From an uncultured virus (IMG/VR IMGVR_UViG_3300034061_003767) (Duplodnaviria; Heunggongvirae; Uroviricota; Caudoviricetes), in the IMG/VR virus record IMGVR_UViG_3300034061_003767: a stretch of 64,000 nucleotides of DNA. One strand, 5' to 3'. Shown in pieces: positions 1-10,102 of this stretch. The notes under the pieces were generated by a model. That model did not search any database and was not told the origin of the DNA. It saw only the letters and a list, made by a program, of their open reading frames with translations. Every line of letters starts with the position of its first letter. The first letter of the stretch is position 1. The translations under genes and the position numbers were made by a program.

Positions 1-76
1 CCAATAGCCCATCATCTGCATAAAATAAAGACAGACATACCCAGCGAATGGAAAGTATATTTACCAGAATCTTACT

Positions 77-460
77 ATGCCTAATTATTCTTATCATTGT
101 GAACATTGCAATACAGACTTTGAGCTTTTCTTTTATATTAAAGATTATGTTTCTCAACCAAAATGTATCAATTGCGACAGTAAAAAAACCACAAGAAACT
201 ATATTGCTGATGTGGTTACACAATCTTCTAACGTTAAAAAATCTGATAGTGAATTAAAAACTATTGGAGATTTGGCCTTAAGAAATACAGAGAGAATGAG
301 CAGTGATCAAAAGGCTGAACTATATCATAAACATAATGATTATAAAGAGAACAAGGAAGAAACTAAGCCATTGCCACAAGGTATGAAAAGAATACAAAAA
401 CCACCCAAATTTAAATGGACAGAAAAGGGCAATATTAAACAAAGAAGGAAATTAAAATGA
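77..460 (+). CDS. FmdB-family zinc-ribbon protein
   Basis: MPxYxYxCxxC...PKCxxC N-terminal pattern; ATGA overlap with the next gene. Confidence 0.75.
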   Translation: MPNYSYHCEHCNTDFELFFYIKDYVSQPKCINCDSKKTTRNYIADVVTQSSNVKKSDSELKTIGDLALRNTERMSSDQKAELYHKHNDYKENKEETKPLPQGMKRIQKPPKFKWTEKGNIKQRRKLK

Positions 461-849
461 AAGCTGAAAATTGTATCTTTACGCAAGATAAAACCAAAGC
501 AGTAGACCAAAAAAGTTCTACAACAGAATACTATTCTTTATTGGGGGATCACGATTTTATTGATACTAATAATAAACCTAGAACTAATATAGAAAATAAA
601 TCTACACTAGCTAAATGTGTAGTAGACGATTCTAGTAAAAAATTCTATATCAAAACTGGAACATATGGGAAAATCTATAATCCTATGGGTATGTTTAGCG
701 AGGGCAAAAGCGAAAAGTTTCTATCAAAGATAGGTCGTAAAGAGTATAATTTTAAACAGGTAAATCAAGAGATATTTGATATGTATTTAAATTTTCTATC
801 TACTAAAAACATAGCATGGTTAAACAATGCGGAAAGAGAGATGGTCTGA
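457..849 (+). CDS. hypothetical phage protein
   Basis: 130-aa ORF coupled to both neighbours (ATGA / TGATG). Confidence 0.6.
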   Translation: MKAENCIFTQDKTKAVDQKSSTTEYYSLLGDHDFIDTNNKPRTNIENKSTLAKCVVDDSSKKFYIKTGTYGKIYNPMGMFSEGKSEKFLSKIGRKEYNFKQVNQEIFDMYLNFLSTKNIAWLNNAEREMV

Positions 850-1175
850 TGCCTAATAAAAAAAGAACCAAAGAAACAGAATACGCTGTTAAATATTTAC
901 ATGAAATGAAGAAATTATCAACTAAAAATATTTCTTTAGAACTGGGTGTTGCGGAAGCTGTAGTTGATGGTATAATCAATCAACCCAAAGAAGATAAGCC
1001 TCGTAAAGTTAGCAAAAGTCAAAGCTTAATGGGAAGACATACCGCTAGCAAAAAAACTAATAATGTTAGCATTATGACTGAATCAGCCTCACAACTGAAT
1101 GATGAGTTAGTTAGAAATTTTGGACCAACCAAATCTAGGACTAGTACAAACGCTATATTTAGACCTAATGGCTAA
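849..1175 (+). CDS. hypothetical protein, possible N-terminal HTH
   Basis: Start re-assigned to ATG 849 (TGATG overlap); STKNISLELGVAEAVVDGII looks HTH-like. Confidence 0.5.
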   Translation: MPNKKRTKETEYAVKYLHEMKKLSTKNISLELGVAEAVVDGIINQPKEDKPRKVSKSQSLMGRHTASKKTNNVSIMTESASQLNDELVRNFGPTKSRTSTNAIFRPNG

Positions 1176-1596
1176 AAAATATATATCTAAGTATTCAAAC
1201 AATAAAGAAGTAGGCGCGGCACAATATATCACCGAACTTATTTGTGAGAATAAGGCTCAAAAAGATAAGCTAGATTTGCATTATAGATTTTGGCTCAATA
1301 AAGAATGGGCTCTATACTATAAAAATCAAATAGCGTCGGCTTATAAATTAGTAAAAAAATATAGTGATATTGCTATAGTAAGAGCTTTGAAGAATCCCAA
1401 AGCGGCAAAAATTTATTCTCTGCGAGCGCCACATTTGACGCCTATTATAGAAGAAGAACAAAGAAAACTAGATGCTGAGAACAAAAGTCTTACCCTAGAT
1501 CTAACTAGAATAGACAATGTAAAATTCGGCACTAAAAATAATAAACAAACCAAAAATATATTTTCCAAACTAAAGGATATAGACGATGAGTGTTAA
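1168..1596 (+). CDS. hypothetical phage protein
   Basis: ATG at 1168 (MAKKY) overlaps the upstream stop; lies directly before recA. Confidence 0.55.
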   Translation: MAKKYISKYSNNKEVGAAQYITELICENKAQKDKLDLHYRFWLNKEWALYYKNQIASAYKLVKKYSDIAIVRALKNPKAAKIYSLRAPHLTPIIEEEQRKLDAENKSLTLDLTRIDNVKFGTKNNKQTKNIFSKLKDIDDEC

Positions 1597-2602
1597 AGAA
1601 GATGTTACAAAAACTTTTGGCGAAGATATTATCCTTAGTGGTAATGCTGTTGTTGATCGCAAATCAGTTATTATACCGGTCAGTCCATCTTTAGATATAG
1701 TATTAAACGGAGGAATACCCGAAGGAAGTTTCGTTGTTTTTACCGGACAACCAAAATGCGGCAAAACAACCACATCATTAGACTTTGCCGCAACGGCTCA
1801 AAAACCAGAATATCAGGGAGATCTTAAATCAGCAAGAGAAGTGTACTACCTAAATATTGAAGGTAGATTGAAGAAAAGAGACTTAGAAGGAATACCAGGA
1901 TTAGATCTATCTAGATTTCATGTTATAGGTAGTCAACAGGGAAAAATTCTACACGCCGAAGAATATCTACAAATAGCAGAAAAAATTATCAATGAAATTC
2001 CAGGATCAGTAGTAATCATAGACTCATATTCAGCACTATGTACAGAAGCTGAAATTACTAGCGAAATGGATAAAATGCAACGAGCAGACGGAGCAAAGTT
2101 ATTAGCAAAGTTTTGTCGTAAAGTTGCGAACGTTATTCCGGTAAATAAAAATGTAGTTATTGGTATTACTCACTTAATGGGTAATCCAACAGGATATGGT
2201 GCGGAGTTTAAGGAGAAGAGTGGTCAGGCTATTGCTTACCAAACAGATATTAAGATAAGAGCTAAAACTTTTAAACCTTGGGTTTTGAGTGCTGATAGTA
2301 GCCAGATAGGACAAGAAATAGAGTGGCAAGTAGCCTGTTCTGCTCTTGGTCCTCCTGGTGGTCAAATTACTAGTTATATCAGATACGGTCAAGGTATAGA
2401 TAAATATATGGAAGCAATATGTTTAGCTTCAGATATGGGATTAATTAATAAGGGTGGTGCATGGTACACATTAACGACCCTGCCCGATAAACCTAAATTT
2501 CAAGGCACAGAAAAGGTAAGAAACTTTTTATTAGAAAATCATAAAGCTTATCAAGATTTAGTTTCTTCTATTAAAGACACCATGGGAATTAAATGCAAAT
2601 AA
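1586..2602 (+). CDS. recA: RecA/UvsX-like recombinase
   Basis: SLDIVLNGGIPEG, Walker A GQPKCGKTT, Walker B VVIIDS, C-terminal GAWY and KFQG motifs. Confidence 0.9.
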   Translation: MSVKEDVTKTFGEDIILSGNAVVDRKSVIIPVSPSLDIVLNGGIPEGSFVVFTGQPKCGKTTTSLDFAATAQKPEYQGDLKSAREVYYLNIEGRLKKRDLEGIPGLDLSRFHVIGSQQGKILHAEEYLQIAEKIINEIPGSVVIIDSYSALCTEAEITSEMDKMQRADGAKLLAKFCRKVANVIPVNKNVVIGITHLMGNPTGYGAEFKEKSGQAIAYQTDIKIRAKTFKPWVLSADSSQIGQEIEWQVACSALGPPGGQITSYIRYGQGIDKYMEAICLASDMGLINKGGAWYTLTTLPDKPKFQGTEKVRNFLLENHKAYQDLVSSIKDTMGIKCK

Positions 2603-3000
2603 AAGATTTAGACGGGACGAATCATAATTGGCAGTTGACAGGAAATATGGCTCGTGGTAAGATTAATAATCGCTCTAGTTTTCATTTGCAGGCTAGAGAA
2701 TTAATTACCAACACCTTTCCAACCCTACAAATTTTAGAAGAAGTTCCTATCCCACTAAGACGTAGCGAAACTTTATATTTAGATTTTTATTTACCACTTA
2801 AAAAGCTATGTATAGAAGTTCACGGAGAACAACACTATAAGTTTGTACCATTCTATCACAATAATATGTTATCATTTTTAAAGTCTCAGAAAAGAGATAG
2901 AGAAAAAGAAGAATGGTGTGAGATAAATAATATCAGATATATTGCTTTACCTCATTATGAAGATACAAATAAATGGCAAGAGAGATTAAACGATGCATAA
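2593..3000 (+). CDS. DUF559/Vsr-like PD-(D/E)xK endonuclease
   Basis: LDFYLP...CIEVHGEQHY...D..K..WC motif. Confidence 0.75.
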   Translation: MQIKDLDGTNHNWQLTGNMARGKINNRSSFHLQARELITNTFPTLQILEEVPIPLRRSETLYLDFYLPLKKLCIEVHGEQHYKFVPFYHNNMLSFLKSQKRDREKEEWCEINNIRYIALPHYEDTNKWQERLNDA

Positions 3001-3481
3001 ATCTACTAAAGAAGAAGTTAAATACTGGGATGATATCTTAGACGAATATGAACAGTCTGTTGGTTTGCCTCAGTACAAAAATGACATCTTTCCAGAAGAT
3101 GAACTTAATCAATATTTAACTATGAATAGAGATGCTATAGAAAAACTTAATCCAGAAGATTGTGCTCAAATATCATATAGACTAGGACAATTTTCATTTC
3201 ATATTCAACGCTCTATAAATAGAGAATTAGCTAGATATAATTGGGCTGAGGAAATTACGAAAGAAACTATTGCGGATGAACTAAATAACTATAAAGGCTA
3301 TGGATATGTTGAAAAATCTATTCAAGCTATTAAACACAACGATAAGGCGCAGTCTCTCAACAAGATTAAAAACTATGCTAAGCAACGTAGCGATAGACTA
3401 TCTTATCTAGCTAATGGTATTAAAAACTTATCAGATATTCTATTATCAATACAAAGAAATAAGGTGAAAAATGGCTCTTGA
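2993..3481 (+). CDS. helical protein, possibly a UvsY-like recombination mediator
   Basis: All-helical 162-aa ORF between recA and dnaB; function inferred from context only. Confidence 0.35.
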   Translation: MHKSTKEEVKYWDDILDEYEQSVGLPQYKNDIFPEDELNQYLTMNRDAIEKLNPEDCAQISYRLGQFSFHIQRSINRELARYNWAEEITKETIADELNNYKGYGYVEKSIQAIKHNDKAQSLNKIKNYAKQRSDRLSYLANGIKNLSDILLSIQRNKVKNGS

Positions 3482-3827
3482 TAAAGAAGATATCAAACAA
3501 TTAATAGCTATCCTCCAAAAAGGACTAACGGACGATGTGGAAGAAGATCCTCCAAAAATTAAACGCAAATCTGGTGGTACAAAAACTAAAAACAATAAGA
3601 AAAAATATCAAAATAAATTCGAAGCTATGGCCGAAGCTAGTATGCACAAAGATGATGTTGAAATTGATAGAAAACTGAGAAAACTCCCTCCAACACAACG
3701 ATCTAGAAATTATCAGCCATTAAAGGTTCGTTGTCGAGCTTGCGGAAAAGAAGAGCTTGTAAATCCTTCTCTTGTAGAATCTATAGATAGATATAAATGT
3801 AATAAGTGTTCAACTTCAGCAGGGTGA
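3471..3827 (+). CDS. small zinc-finger protein
   Basis: C-terminal CRAC...CNKC. Confidence 0.55.
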   Translation: MALDKEDIKQLIAILQKGLTDDVEEDPPKIKRKSGGTKTKNNKKKYQNKFEAMAEASMHKDDVEIDRKLRKLPPTQRSRNYQPLKVRCRACGKEELVNPSLVESIDRYKCNKCSTSAG

Positions 3828-3830
3828 AAA

Positions 3831-5297
3831 ATGATATTGTGTGATCCGGCTTCTGAAAGAGCGGTTTTGGCTGGCATTTGTAGATATGGAGAAGATGCAT
3901 ATTTAGATGTAGCAGACATTGTTCAAGAGTCTTCTTTTACGATAGATAGTAATAGCATTATATATAAGTGCTTAAAATATTTATGTGAAAATGAACAAAA
4001 ACCATCAATAGATGTAGCCTCCATATACGCTGCTGCCCAAGATATTGGTGTTTCAAATATATTCTCCAAAAAAGAAGAAGCTCAACACCTTAAAGCTATT
4101 ATTGATTTTCCTGTAAGCTTAGAGAATGTACGCAAGTTTGCTGCAAAAATAAGAAAGCTTGAAATAGCTAGATTATTGCGTAAACAACTGGAACAAGCAG
4201 GAGACAAATTACTCGAAATTAATGGTACTGAGCCAATAGCTTCTATCTTAGGGGTGGCGGAGGATGCCGTTTTTAATTTTTCATCACTACTAAATGATAC
4301 TGATAATAATCCTATTAGTATTGGTAAAGATATTGATGATTATATTAAAAGCTTAGAAGAAAACAAAATTGATCAAATTGGTATTCCTACCGGTTTTCCT
4401 ATTTACGATAAGGCTATTGGCGGAGGATTAAGAAAGGGAACGGTTAATGTAATTGCTGCTAGACCCAAGACTGGTAAAACTCTTTTATCAGATAATATAG
4501 GTTTTCACATTGCACATAAACATAAAATACCAGTGCTCAATATGGATACAGAAATGAACACTGTGGATCATATTAATAGGGTTCTTGGTATGATGACAGA
4601 AGTAGAAATTAATGCTATTGAAACCGGGAGGTTTGCCGAATCAGCAGACACAAAAACAAAAATAGTCAATGCCGCCCAAGAGTTAAAGTCCACTCGATTG
4701 TTTTATAAAAGTATTGCTGGTAAGCCTTTTGAAGAACAATTGGCTATTATGAGACGATGGATTCTTAAGGAGGTAGGACTAAATGAAGACGGAACAGCCA
4801 AGCAGTGTGTTATTTTTTATGATTACCTAAAACTCATGGATAGTCAAGGTATGAGTCAAGACTTAAAAGAATATCAAGTATTGGGTTTTATGATGACTAG
4901 TTTACATAACTTTGCTGTAAGATACCAAGTACCAATAGTTGCTTTTATTCAGCTTAATAGGGATGGAATAACAAAAGAAAGTACGGATACTGCTAGTGGT
5001 TCCGACAGGATTATTTGGCTATGTAGTAATTTTAGTATTTTCAAAAGAAAGAGCGACGAAGAAATAGCAGAAGATGGACCAACAAACGGCAATCGTAAAC
5101 TCTTACCCTTAGTAAGTCGGCATGGTGGGGGTCTAGACGATAATGACTATATAAACTGCTATATGAAGGGATGGTGTGCAAAAATTACGGAGGGTAAAAC
5201 TAGATTAGAAATATTAAATAATACAAAAAATGAAGACGAAGGATTTATTGTAGATGAACAACCAAATGACAATGAAGAACAAATACCCTTCGATTGA
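3831..5297 (+). CDS. dnaB: replicative DNA helicase DnaB
   Basis: N-terminal SERAVL, IPTGF..D..IGGGL, Walker A AARPKTGKT, DTEM, FYDYLKLM, QLNR. Confidence 0.93.
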   Translation: MILCDPASERAVLAGICRYGEDAYLDVADIVQESSFTIDSNSIIYKCLKYLCENEQKPSIDVASIYAAAQDIGVSNIFSKKEEAQHLKAIIDFPVSLENVRKFAAKIRKLEIARLLRKQLEQAGDKLLEINGTEPIASILGVAEDAVFNFSSLLNDTDNNPISIGKDIDDYIKSLEENKIDQIGIPTGFPIYDKAIGGGLRKGTVNVIAARPKTGKTLLSDNIGFHIAHKHKIPVLNMDTEMNTVDHINRVLGMMTEVEINAIETGRFAESADTKTKIVNAAQELKSTRLFYKSIAGKPFEEQLAIMRRWILKEVGLNEDGTAKQCVIFYDYLKLMDSQGMSQDLKEYQVLGFMMTSLHNFAVRYQVPIVAFIQLNRDGITKESTDTASGSDRIIWLCSNFSIFKRKSDEEIAEDGPTNGNRKLLPLVSRHGGGLDDNDYINCYMKGWCAKITEGKTRLEILNNTKNEDEGFIVDEQPNDNEEQIPFD

Positions 5298-6417
5298 TCA
5301 GGCTAAACTCAAAGTTCTATGTGATGATCTGTGTGATAATATAGAAACTTTGTTAGATAGTTTTGGCTTAGATTATAAAAATAATGCTAAGATGATATCT
5401 ATGAATTGTCCTATTCACGGAGGAGATAACCCATCCGCTCTCAATATTTATCCAGATGGGGATAATTATAGAGGCAACTGGAAATGTAGAACACACAATT
5501 GTGAACAAGAATTTAAATCCTCGGTTATTGGTTTTGTTAGAGGAATTATCTCTCATCAAAAATATGGATGGACCGAACCAGGAGATCAAGGTTGTTCTTT
5601 TAAAGAAGCCCTGGATTATGTTCAGGCTTTTTTAAATAAAGATTTAAATAGTATTAAAATTTCTAAAACAGAAAAAGAAAAAAAGAATTTTACAAATATA
5701 GTCAATTATATTAATGCTAAAGTTGAAAAATCTGAAAGTAGAATCACTAGAAAACAAATAATTAAGGCTATAGAAATCCCAGCACAATACTATATAAATA
5801 GAAATTATTCACAAGATATACTAATTAAATATGATGTGGGTTTATGTAATAACTCATCCAAACCTATGCATAATAGGGTTGTAGTTCCAGTTTATGACAT
5901 AGACTATAAATATATGGTTGGATGCACCGGACGGAGTATTTTCGAAAAGTGTGCTAATTGTTCATCATATCATGACCCCGTTAGTTCCTGTCTCTCTGAC
6001 GAAAATAAATGGTTGTGTCCTAAATGGAAACATAGCTCGGACTTTAAAAGCCAAAACTATCTATACAACTTCTGGTTTGCCAAAAACCATATATATGAAA
6101 CTGGTATAGCGATAATAGTAGAAAGTCCAGGTAATGTTTGGAGACTAGAGGAAAACGCTATACATAATAGTGTAGCTATTTTTGGATCATCACTAAGTGA
6201 TAGACAGAAGATTTTATTAGATAGTTCTGGAGCTATGACACTAATATTATTAACAGATAATGATGAGGCTGGAAAAAAAGCAGCACAGCAAATTAAAAAT
6301 AAATGTCAAAATACATATAGAATATTTGTGCCACAAATCTCTAAAAACGATGTTGCTGAAATGACATCACAAGAAATTAATGACGAAATAAAAGAATATA
6401 TTAAGAGGATCATATGA
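5254..6417 (+). CDS. dnaG: DNA primase (CHC2-like zinc finger + TOPRIM)
   Basis: CPIH..DNPS...WKC..HNC; RVVVPV; IVES...DNDEAG TOPRIM; KNDVAE. Confidence 0.85.
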   Translation: MNNQMTMKNKYPSIDQAKLKVLCDDLCDNIETLLDSFGLDYKNNAKMISMNCPIHGGDNPSALNIYPDGDNYRGNWKCRTHNCEQEFKSSVIGFVRGIISHQKYGWTEPGDQGCSFKEALDYVQAFLNKDLNSIKISKTEKEKKNFTNIVNYINAKVEKSESRITRKQIIKAIEIPAQYYINRNYSQDILIKYDVGLCNNSSKPMHNRVVVPVYDIDYKYMVGCTGRSIFEKCANCSSYHDPVSSCLSDENKWLCPKWKHSSDFKSQNYLYNFWFAKNHIYETGIAIIVESPGNVWRLEENAIHNSVAIFGSSLSDRQKILLDSSGAMTLILLTDNDEAGKKAAQQIKNKCQNTYRIFVPQISKNDVAEMTSQEINDEIKEYIKRII

Positions 6418-7007
6418 ATACCATAGTAGCCTTTGCGGGAAGAAAACAATCTGGCAAAACAACATGCTCAGAATTTGTAGCCAAATATTTTAATGGAATA
6501 ATAGAACCATTCAATGGTGCCAAGATATATAATTTTGCAGACCCATTAAAAAAAGATATATGTATGAATATTTTAGGCTTAACATATAATCAATGTTATG
6601 GAGAAGATATTGATAAAAATACCTTAACAGATATAGAGTGGGAAGGTAAAAAATTAAATGCTAGAGAAGTTATGCAATTTGTGGGAACAAATATATTTAG
6701 GAAAATGAAAAACGACGTTTGGTCTGGTGCTACTATCAATAAGATTAGAAATGAAACACCAAACTTAGCTATTATTGCGGATTGTAGATTTCCTAATGAG
6801 GTCGAAGCTGTAAAAAATGCTGGCGGCATAGTTATTAAACTTACGAGAAATCCTTATAATTCTAATCACGAAAGCGAAGTAGCTTTAGATGAGATAAATT
6901 ATTCTAATAGCAACTTTGATTTAATAATTCATAACGAATCACTAACCATACCAGAACAAAACGAAGTGGTATTAAATTTTCTCAAAAAGAAGAAGGTGTT
7001 ATCATAA
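6414..7007 (+). CDS. deoxynucleoside monophosphate kinase
   Basis: AGRKQSGKTT P-loop, FADPLK, REVMQFVGT, IADCRFPNE. Confidence 0.88.
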   Translation: MNTIVAFAGRKQSGKTTCSEFVAKYFNGIIEPFNGAKIYNFADPLKKDICMNILGLTYNQCYGEDIDKNTLTDIEWEGKKLNAREVMQFVGTNIFRKMKNDVWSGATINKIRNETPNLAIIADCRFPNEVEAVKNAGGIVIKLTRNPYNSNHESEVALDEINYSNSNFDLIIHNESLTIPEQNEVVLNFLKKKKVLS

Positions 7008-8050
7008 TTATAACATACTTAAGAAGTAGCTCTTATGGTACGCACTCTATGTGCGAGCAACAATATTTTCTTGAATATAATTTAGGCATTAGAAGTCCAT
7101 CAAATAAAAAAGCTGATAAAGGCACCATAGTACATAAAGTATTAGAAATTTTAGCCGGTATTAAGCAAAGCGAGCAAAATAATAGCCCTAAGTATATTGA
7201 TGATATTTTAGGAGATATTGATATTCATGGTTATAATTTAGACCACATTGTGGAAAAGGTCTATGAGTATTATACCTCTCAGTTTAAACACCACGAGTGG
7301 TTGCCAAAAGATTTAAAAGACGCCCGTTTGTGGGTCAATAAGGCTATCGCAGACCACAATGGTATGTTTGATCCACGCTCTAGGGATATAGTACAACCAG
7401 AACAACATTTTGATATTGTTATAGATAAGCCTTGGGCAGAATATAAGTACGAAACAAAAGAGGGTGTGATAGAAGGAAAATTGGCCATAAAAGGCACTAT
7501 TGATCTTATTACCAAAGTTAACGATTCTACGTTAGAAGTTATAGACTGGAAAACTGGCAAAAGACTAGACTGGGCTACGGGACAAGAAAAAACATTAGAA
7601 AAGCTATATGTGGATCCTCAATTAAAAATCTATCATTATGCTTTAAGTAAACTTTATCCAGAATATGATCACATAATTATGTCTATTAATTTTATTAATG
7701 ATGGTGGCGCTTTTAGTATGTGTTTTGATAAATCCGATCTATTAGCTACTGAAGATTTGATACGTCAAAAATTTGAACAAATTAAAAAATGTATCAAGCC
7801 CAAATTAAGTAAAACTTGGAAATGTACCAAATTATGTTATTTTGGAAAAAACACTTTTGAAAATCATAAAAGCGTATTGCCAATACTAGAATATAGAGAT
7901 AATCAAGTTTGTACAAAGGGCTCTTATATGACTATGTGCGAACAAATTAAGCACGACACCGAATTGAACGGCATGAAAAATGTAGTTGACACCTACACGG
8001 TGGACGGTTATAGTGTTGGTAAGTACAAAAGCCCAGGTTCCGTAGAATGA
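7004..8050 (+). CDS. PD-(D/E)xK exonuclease, Cas4/AddB-like with a predicted Fe-S staple; probable non-canonical ATA start (first ATG is 7049)
   Basis: RSSSY..H..C, GTIVHKVLE, PEQHF, GTIDLI, VIDWKTG, QLKIY, C-terminal Cys cluster. Confidence 0.8.
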   Translation: MIITYLRSSSYGTHSMCEQQYFLEYNLGIRSPSNKKADKGTIVHKVLEILAGIKQSEQNNSPKYIDDILGDIDIHGYNLDHIVEKVYEYYTSQFKHHEWLPKDLKDARLWVNKAIADHNGMFDPRSRDIVQPEQHFDIVIDKPWAEYKYETKEGVIEGKLAIKGTIDLITKVNDSTLEVIDWKTGKRLDWATGQEKTLEKLYVDPQLKIYHYALSKLYPEYDHIIMSINFINDGGAFSMCFDKSDLLATEDLIRQKFEQIKKCIKPKLSKTWKCTKLCYFGKNTFENHKSVLPILEYRDNQVCTKGSYMTMCEQIKHDTELNGMKNVVDTYTVDGYSVGKYKSPGSVE

Positions 8051-9918
8051 CAAAGTATATTCCTCTGCATCTACATTCTCATTTTTCTTTATTAGATGGG
8101 CTTAGTCAGCCTGAACAAATAGCAGAAAGATGTAAAGAAATTGGAGCCACTACTTGTGCATTGACCGATCATGGGAATATAGCAGGATCGGTAAAGTTTT
8201 ACATGGCTATGAAAAAGGCTAATATTAAACCAATACTAGGTTGTGAACTTTACGTTTGTGAACAAGATCCAAAAATACAAGAAAAAGAAAATAGATCATT
8301 ATCTCATTTTATAGTTTTAGCACAAAATTATAATGGGTGGAAGGATCTAATTAAGATTGTATCCGAATCAAACAAGCCAGAACATTATTATCATAAGCCT
8401 CGGTTGGATCTAAAAACAATAGCTAATTTAAATAGTGGTAATCTCATAGCTATTACTGGACATTTAGGGTCCACACTATCTGATATGATCCTTAATGGAT
8501 ATGAACTAAAAGATAATTGGCTAGACATCGGCAAACAACATGTGTCATATTTAAAAGAAATATTTCAAAACAAAGTATTTTTAGAAGCTCAGTTAATAGA
8601 TAAAGATAATTTGCCGGTGCAAGAAATTCTAACAAATGCTATCAGAAAAATAGGTCAAGAGACTAATACAAAAATTATTTGCACTCCAGACGCACATTAC
8701 TGTAGAAAAGAAGATGCTATAGATCAAAGAATATTATTATGCAATAATCTTAAAACAACTTTCCCAGAAATTAGTCGTAAGATTAGTAATGATGAAGATG
8801 TGGCTTTGTCTTGTTTTTTTACATCAGAAAATTATCATATACCATCTCAAGAAGAAATGAGAGAACTACATACCTCTGAAGAAATAGAAAATACTAATTA
8901 TGTAGCTAATCTTATAGAAGAATATAGTATACTTAGCAAGCCAAAGCTTCCGCCTTTTCAATGTCCTAATAATCAAAATCCAGATGAATATTTAAGGCAA
9001 TTGTGTAGAGACGGATGGAAAGACAAAATAGCAAATATAATAGCAAAAGAAGAGCAAGAACAATATGTTGATAGAATTAAATATGAATTAGAGGTATTAC
9101 AAGGTGCTGGATTATCTAGTTACTTTTTAATAGTTCAAGATATTGTTAATTTTGTACGAAAAAATGAATGGTTGCCAGGACCAGGTAGAGGTAGCGCTGC
9201 TGGTTGTTTAGTTTCATATTTAATTGGTATTACTAGCATAGATCCAATAAAATATAATCTATTATTTGATAGGTTTTATAATGCTGGTCGCAATTCTGCT
9301 GATCATATTAGTATGCCAGATATAGATGTAGACGTACCAATTGATAAAAGAGAAGCTATCATAGAATACATCAAAAATAAATATGGACACGATAAAGTTT
9401 CACAAATGATTACTTTTAATACCATCAAGGGGAGAGGAGCCTTAAAGGATGTATTAAGAGTATATGGTAATATTAGTTTTGATGAAATGAATAAGATTAC
9501 CAAAAATATACCAGACGAATCTAAAATTGCTGATGAACTTCAAGAAATGAAAGAGGAAACCGGGGAATCTTCTATTATCCGCTGGGCATTAGAAAATAAT
9601 GTTGACAAACTCAAAGAATGGTGCTATATTGATGATAGTGGACAATTGCAGGGTCCGCTGGCCAAAAGATTTGAACAAGCTATTAGGCTGGAGGGAACAA
9701 AATCAAATCAATCTAAACACGCAGCAGGAATAGCTATTAGTTCTGAGCCATTAAATGAAATTTGTCCTATGGTTTATGATAGTAAAAATAAACAACTAAT
9801 TGCTGGCATGGAAATGCAAGACTTAGAAAATATTGGAATTATTAAGTTTGATATTCTTGGTGTAGCAATGTTAGATAAAATTATGACGATTAGATTTTTA
9901 TTACAACAAGGAGTATAA
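8047..9918 (+). CDS. dnaE: DNA polymerase III alpha, N-terminal part (PHP + palm/thumb)
   Basis: LHLHSHFSLLDG, ALTDHG, DAHY, GRGSAAGCLVSY, MPDIDVD, SKHAAG, KFDILG; ends just after KFDILG. Confidence 0.93.
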   Translation: MTKYIPLHLHSHFSLLDGLSQPEQIAERCKEIGATTCALTDHGNIAGSVKFYMAMKKANIKPILGCELYVCEQDPKIQEKENRSLSHFIVLAQNYNGWKDLIKIVSESNKPEHYYHKPRLDLKTIANLNSGNLIAITGHLGSTLSDMILNGYELKDNWLDIGKQHVSYLKEIFQNKVFLEAQLIDKDNLPVQEILTNAIRKIGQETNTKIICTPDAHYCRKEDAIDQRILLCNNLKTTFPEISRKISNDEDVALSCFFTSENYHIPSQEEMRELHTSEEIENTNYVANLIEEYSILSKPKLPPFQCPNNQNPDEYLRQLCRDGWKDKIANIIAKEEQEQYVDRIKYELEVLQGAGLSSYFLIVQDIVNFVRKNEWLPGPGRGSAAGCLVSYLIGITSIDPIKYNLLFDRFYNAGRNSADHISMPDIDVDVPIDKREAIIEYIKNKYGHDKVSQMITFNTIKGRGALKDVLRVYGNISFDEMNKITKNIPDESKIADELQEMKEETGESSIIRWALENNVDKLKEWCYIDDSGQLQGPLAKRFEQAIRLEGTKSNQSKHAAGIAISSEPLNEICPMVYDSKNKQLIAGMEMQDLENIGIIKFDILGVAMLDKIMTIRFLLQQGV

Positions 9919-9919
9919 G

Positions 9920-10102
9920 ATGAAAACAGTACAGTTTAAAGATGTTCCTGTAGACAGTAATTTTAAAATGAATGATACAGAATACAAAAAAATCCAGGAA
10001 GAAAGAGTTAGTTGTTGCAGATTTAACAATGCTTGCTTGGCGAGCGACGCTAACCAAAAAACTGGAATTAAGCCACTAACAGAAGTACAGGTAGATGATT
10101 AA
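9920..10102 (+). CDS. small Cys-containing hypothetical protein
   Basis: AGGAG RBS upstream; 60 aa with SCC...C; coupled to neighbours. Confidence 0.6.
   Translation: MKTVQFKDVPVDSNFKMNDTEYKKIQEERVSCCRFNNACLASDANQKTGIKPLTEVQVDD

Noticed and set aside
7004..8050. Cas4 as evidence of a CRISPR-Cas system
   Set aside because: Stand-alone phage nuclease in a replication operon; no cas1/cas2 or array seen.
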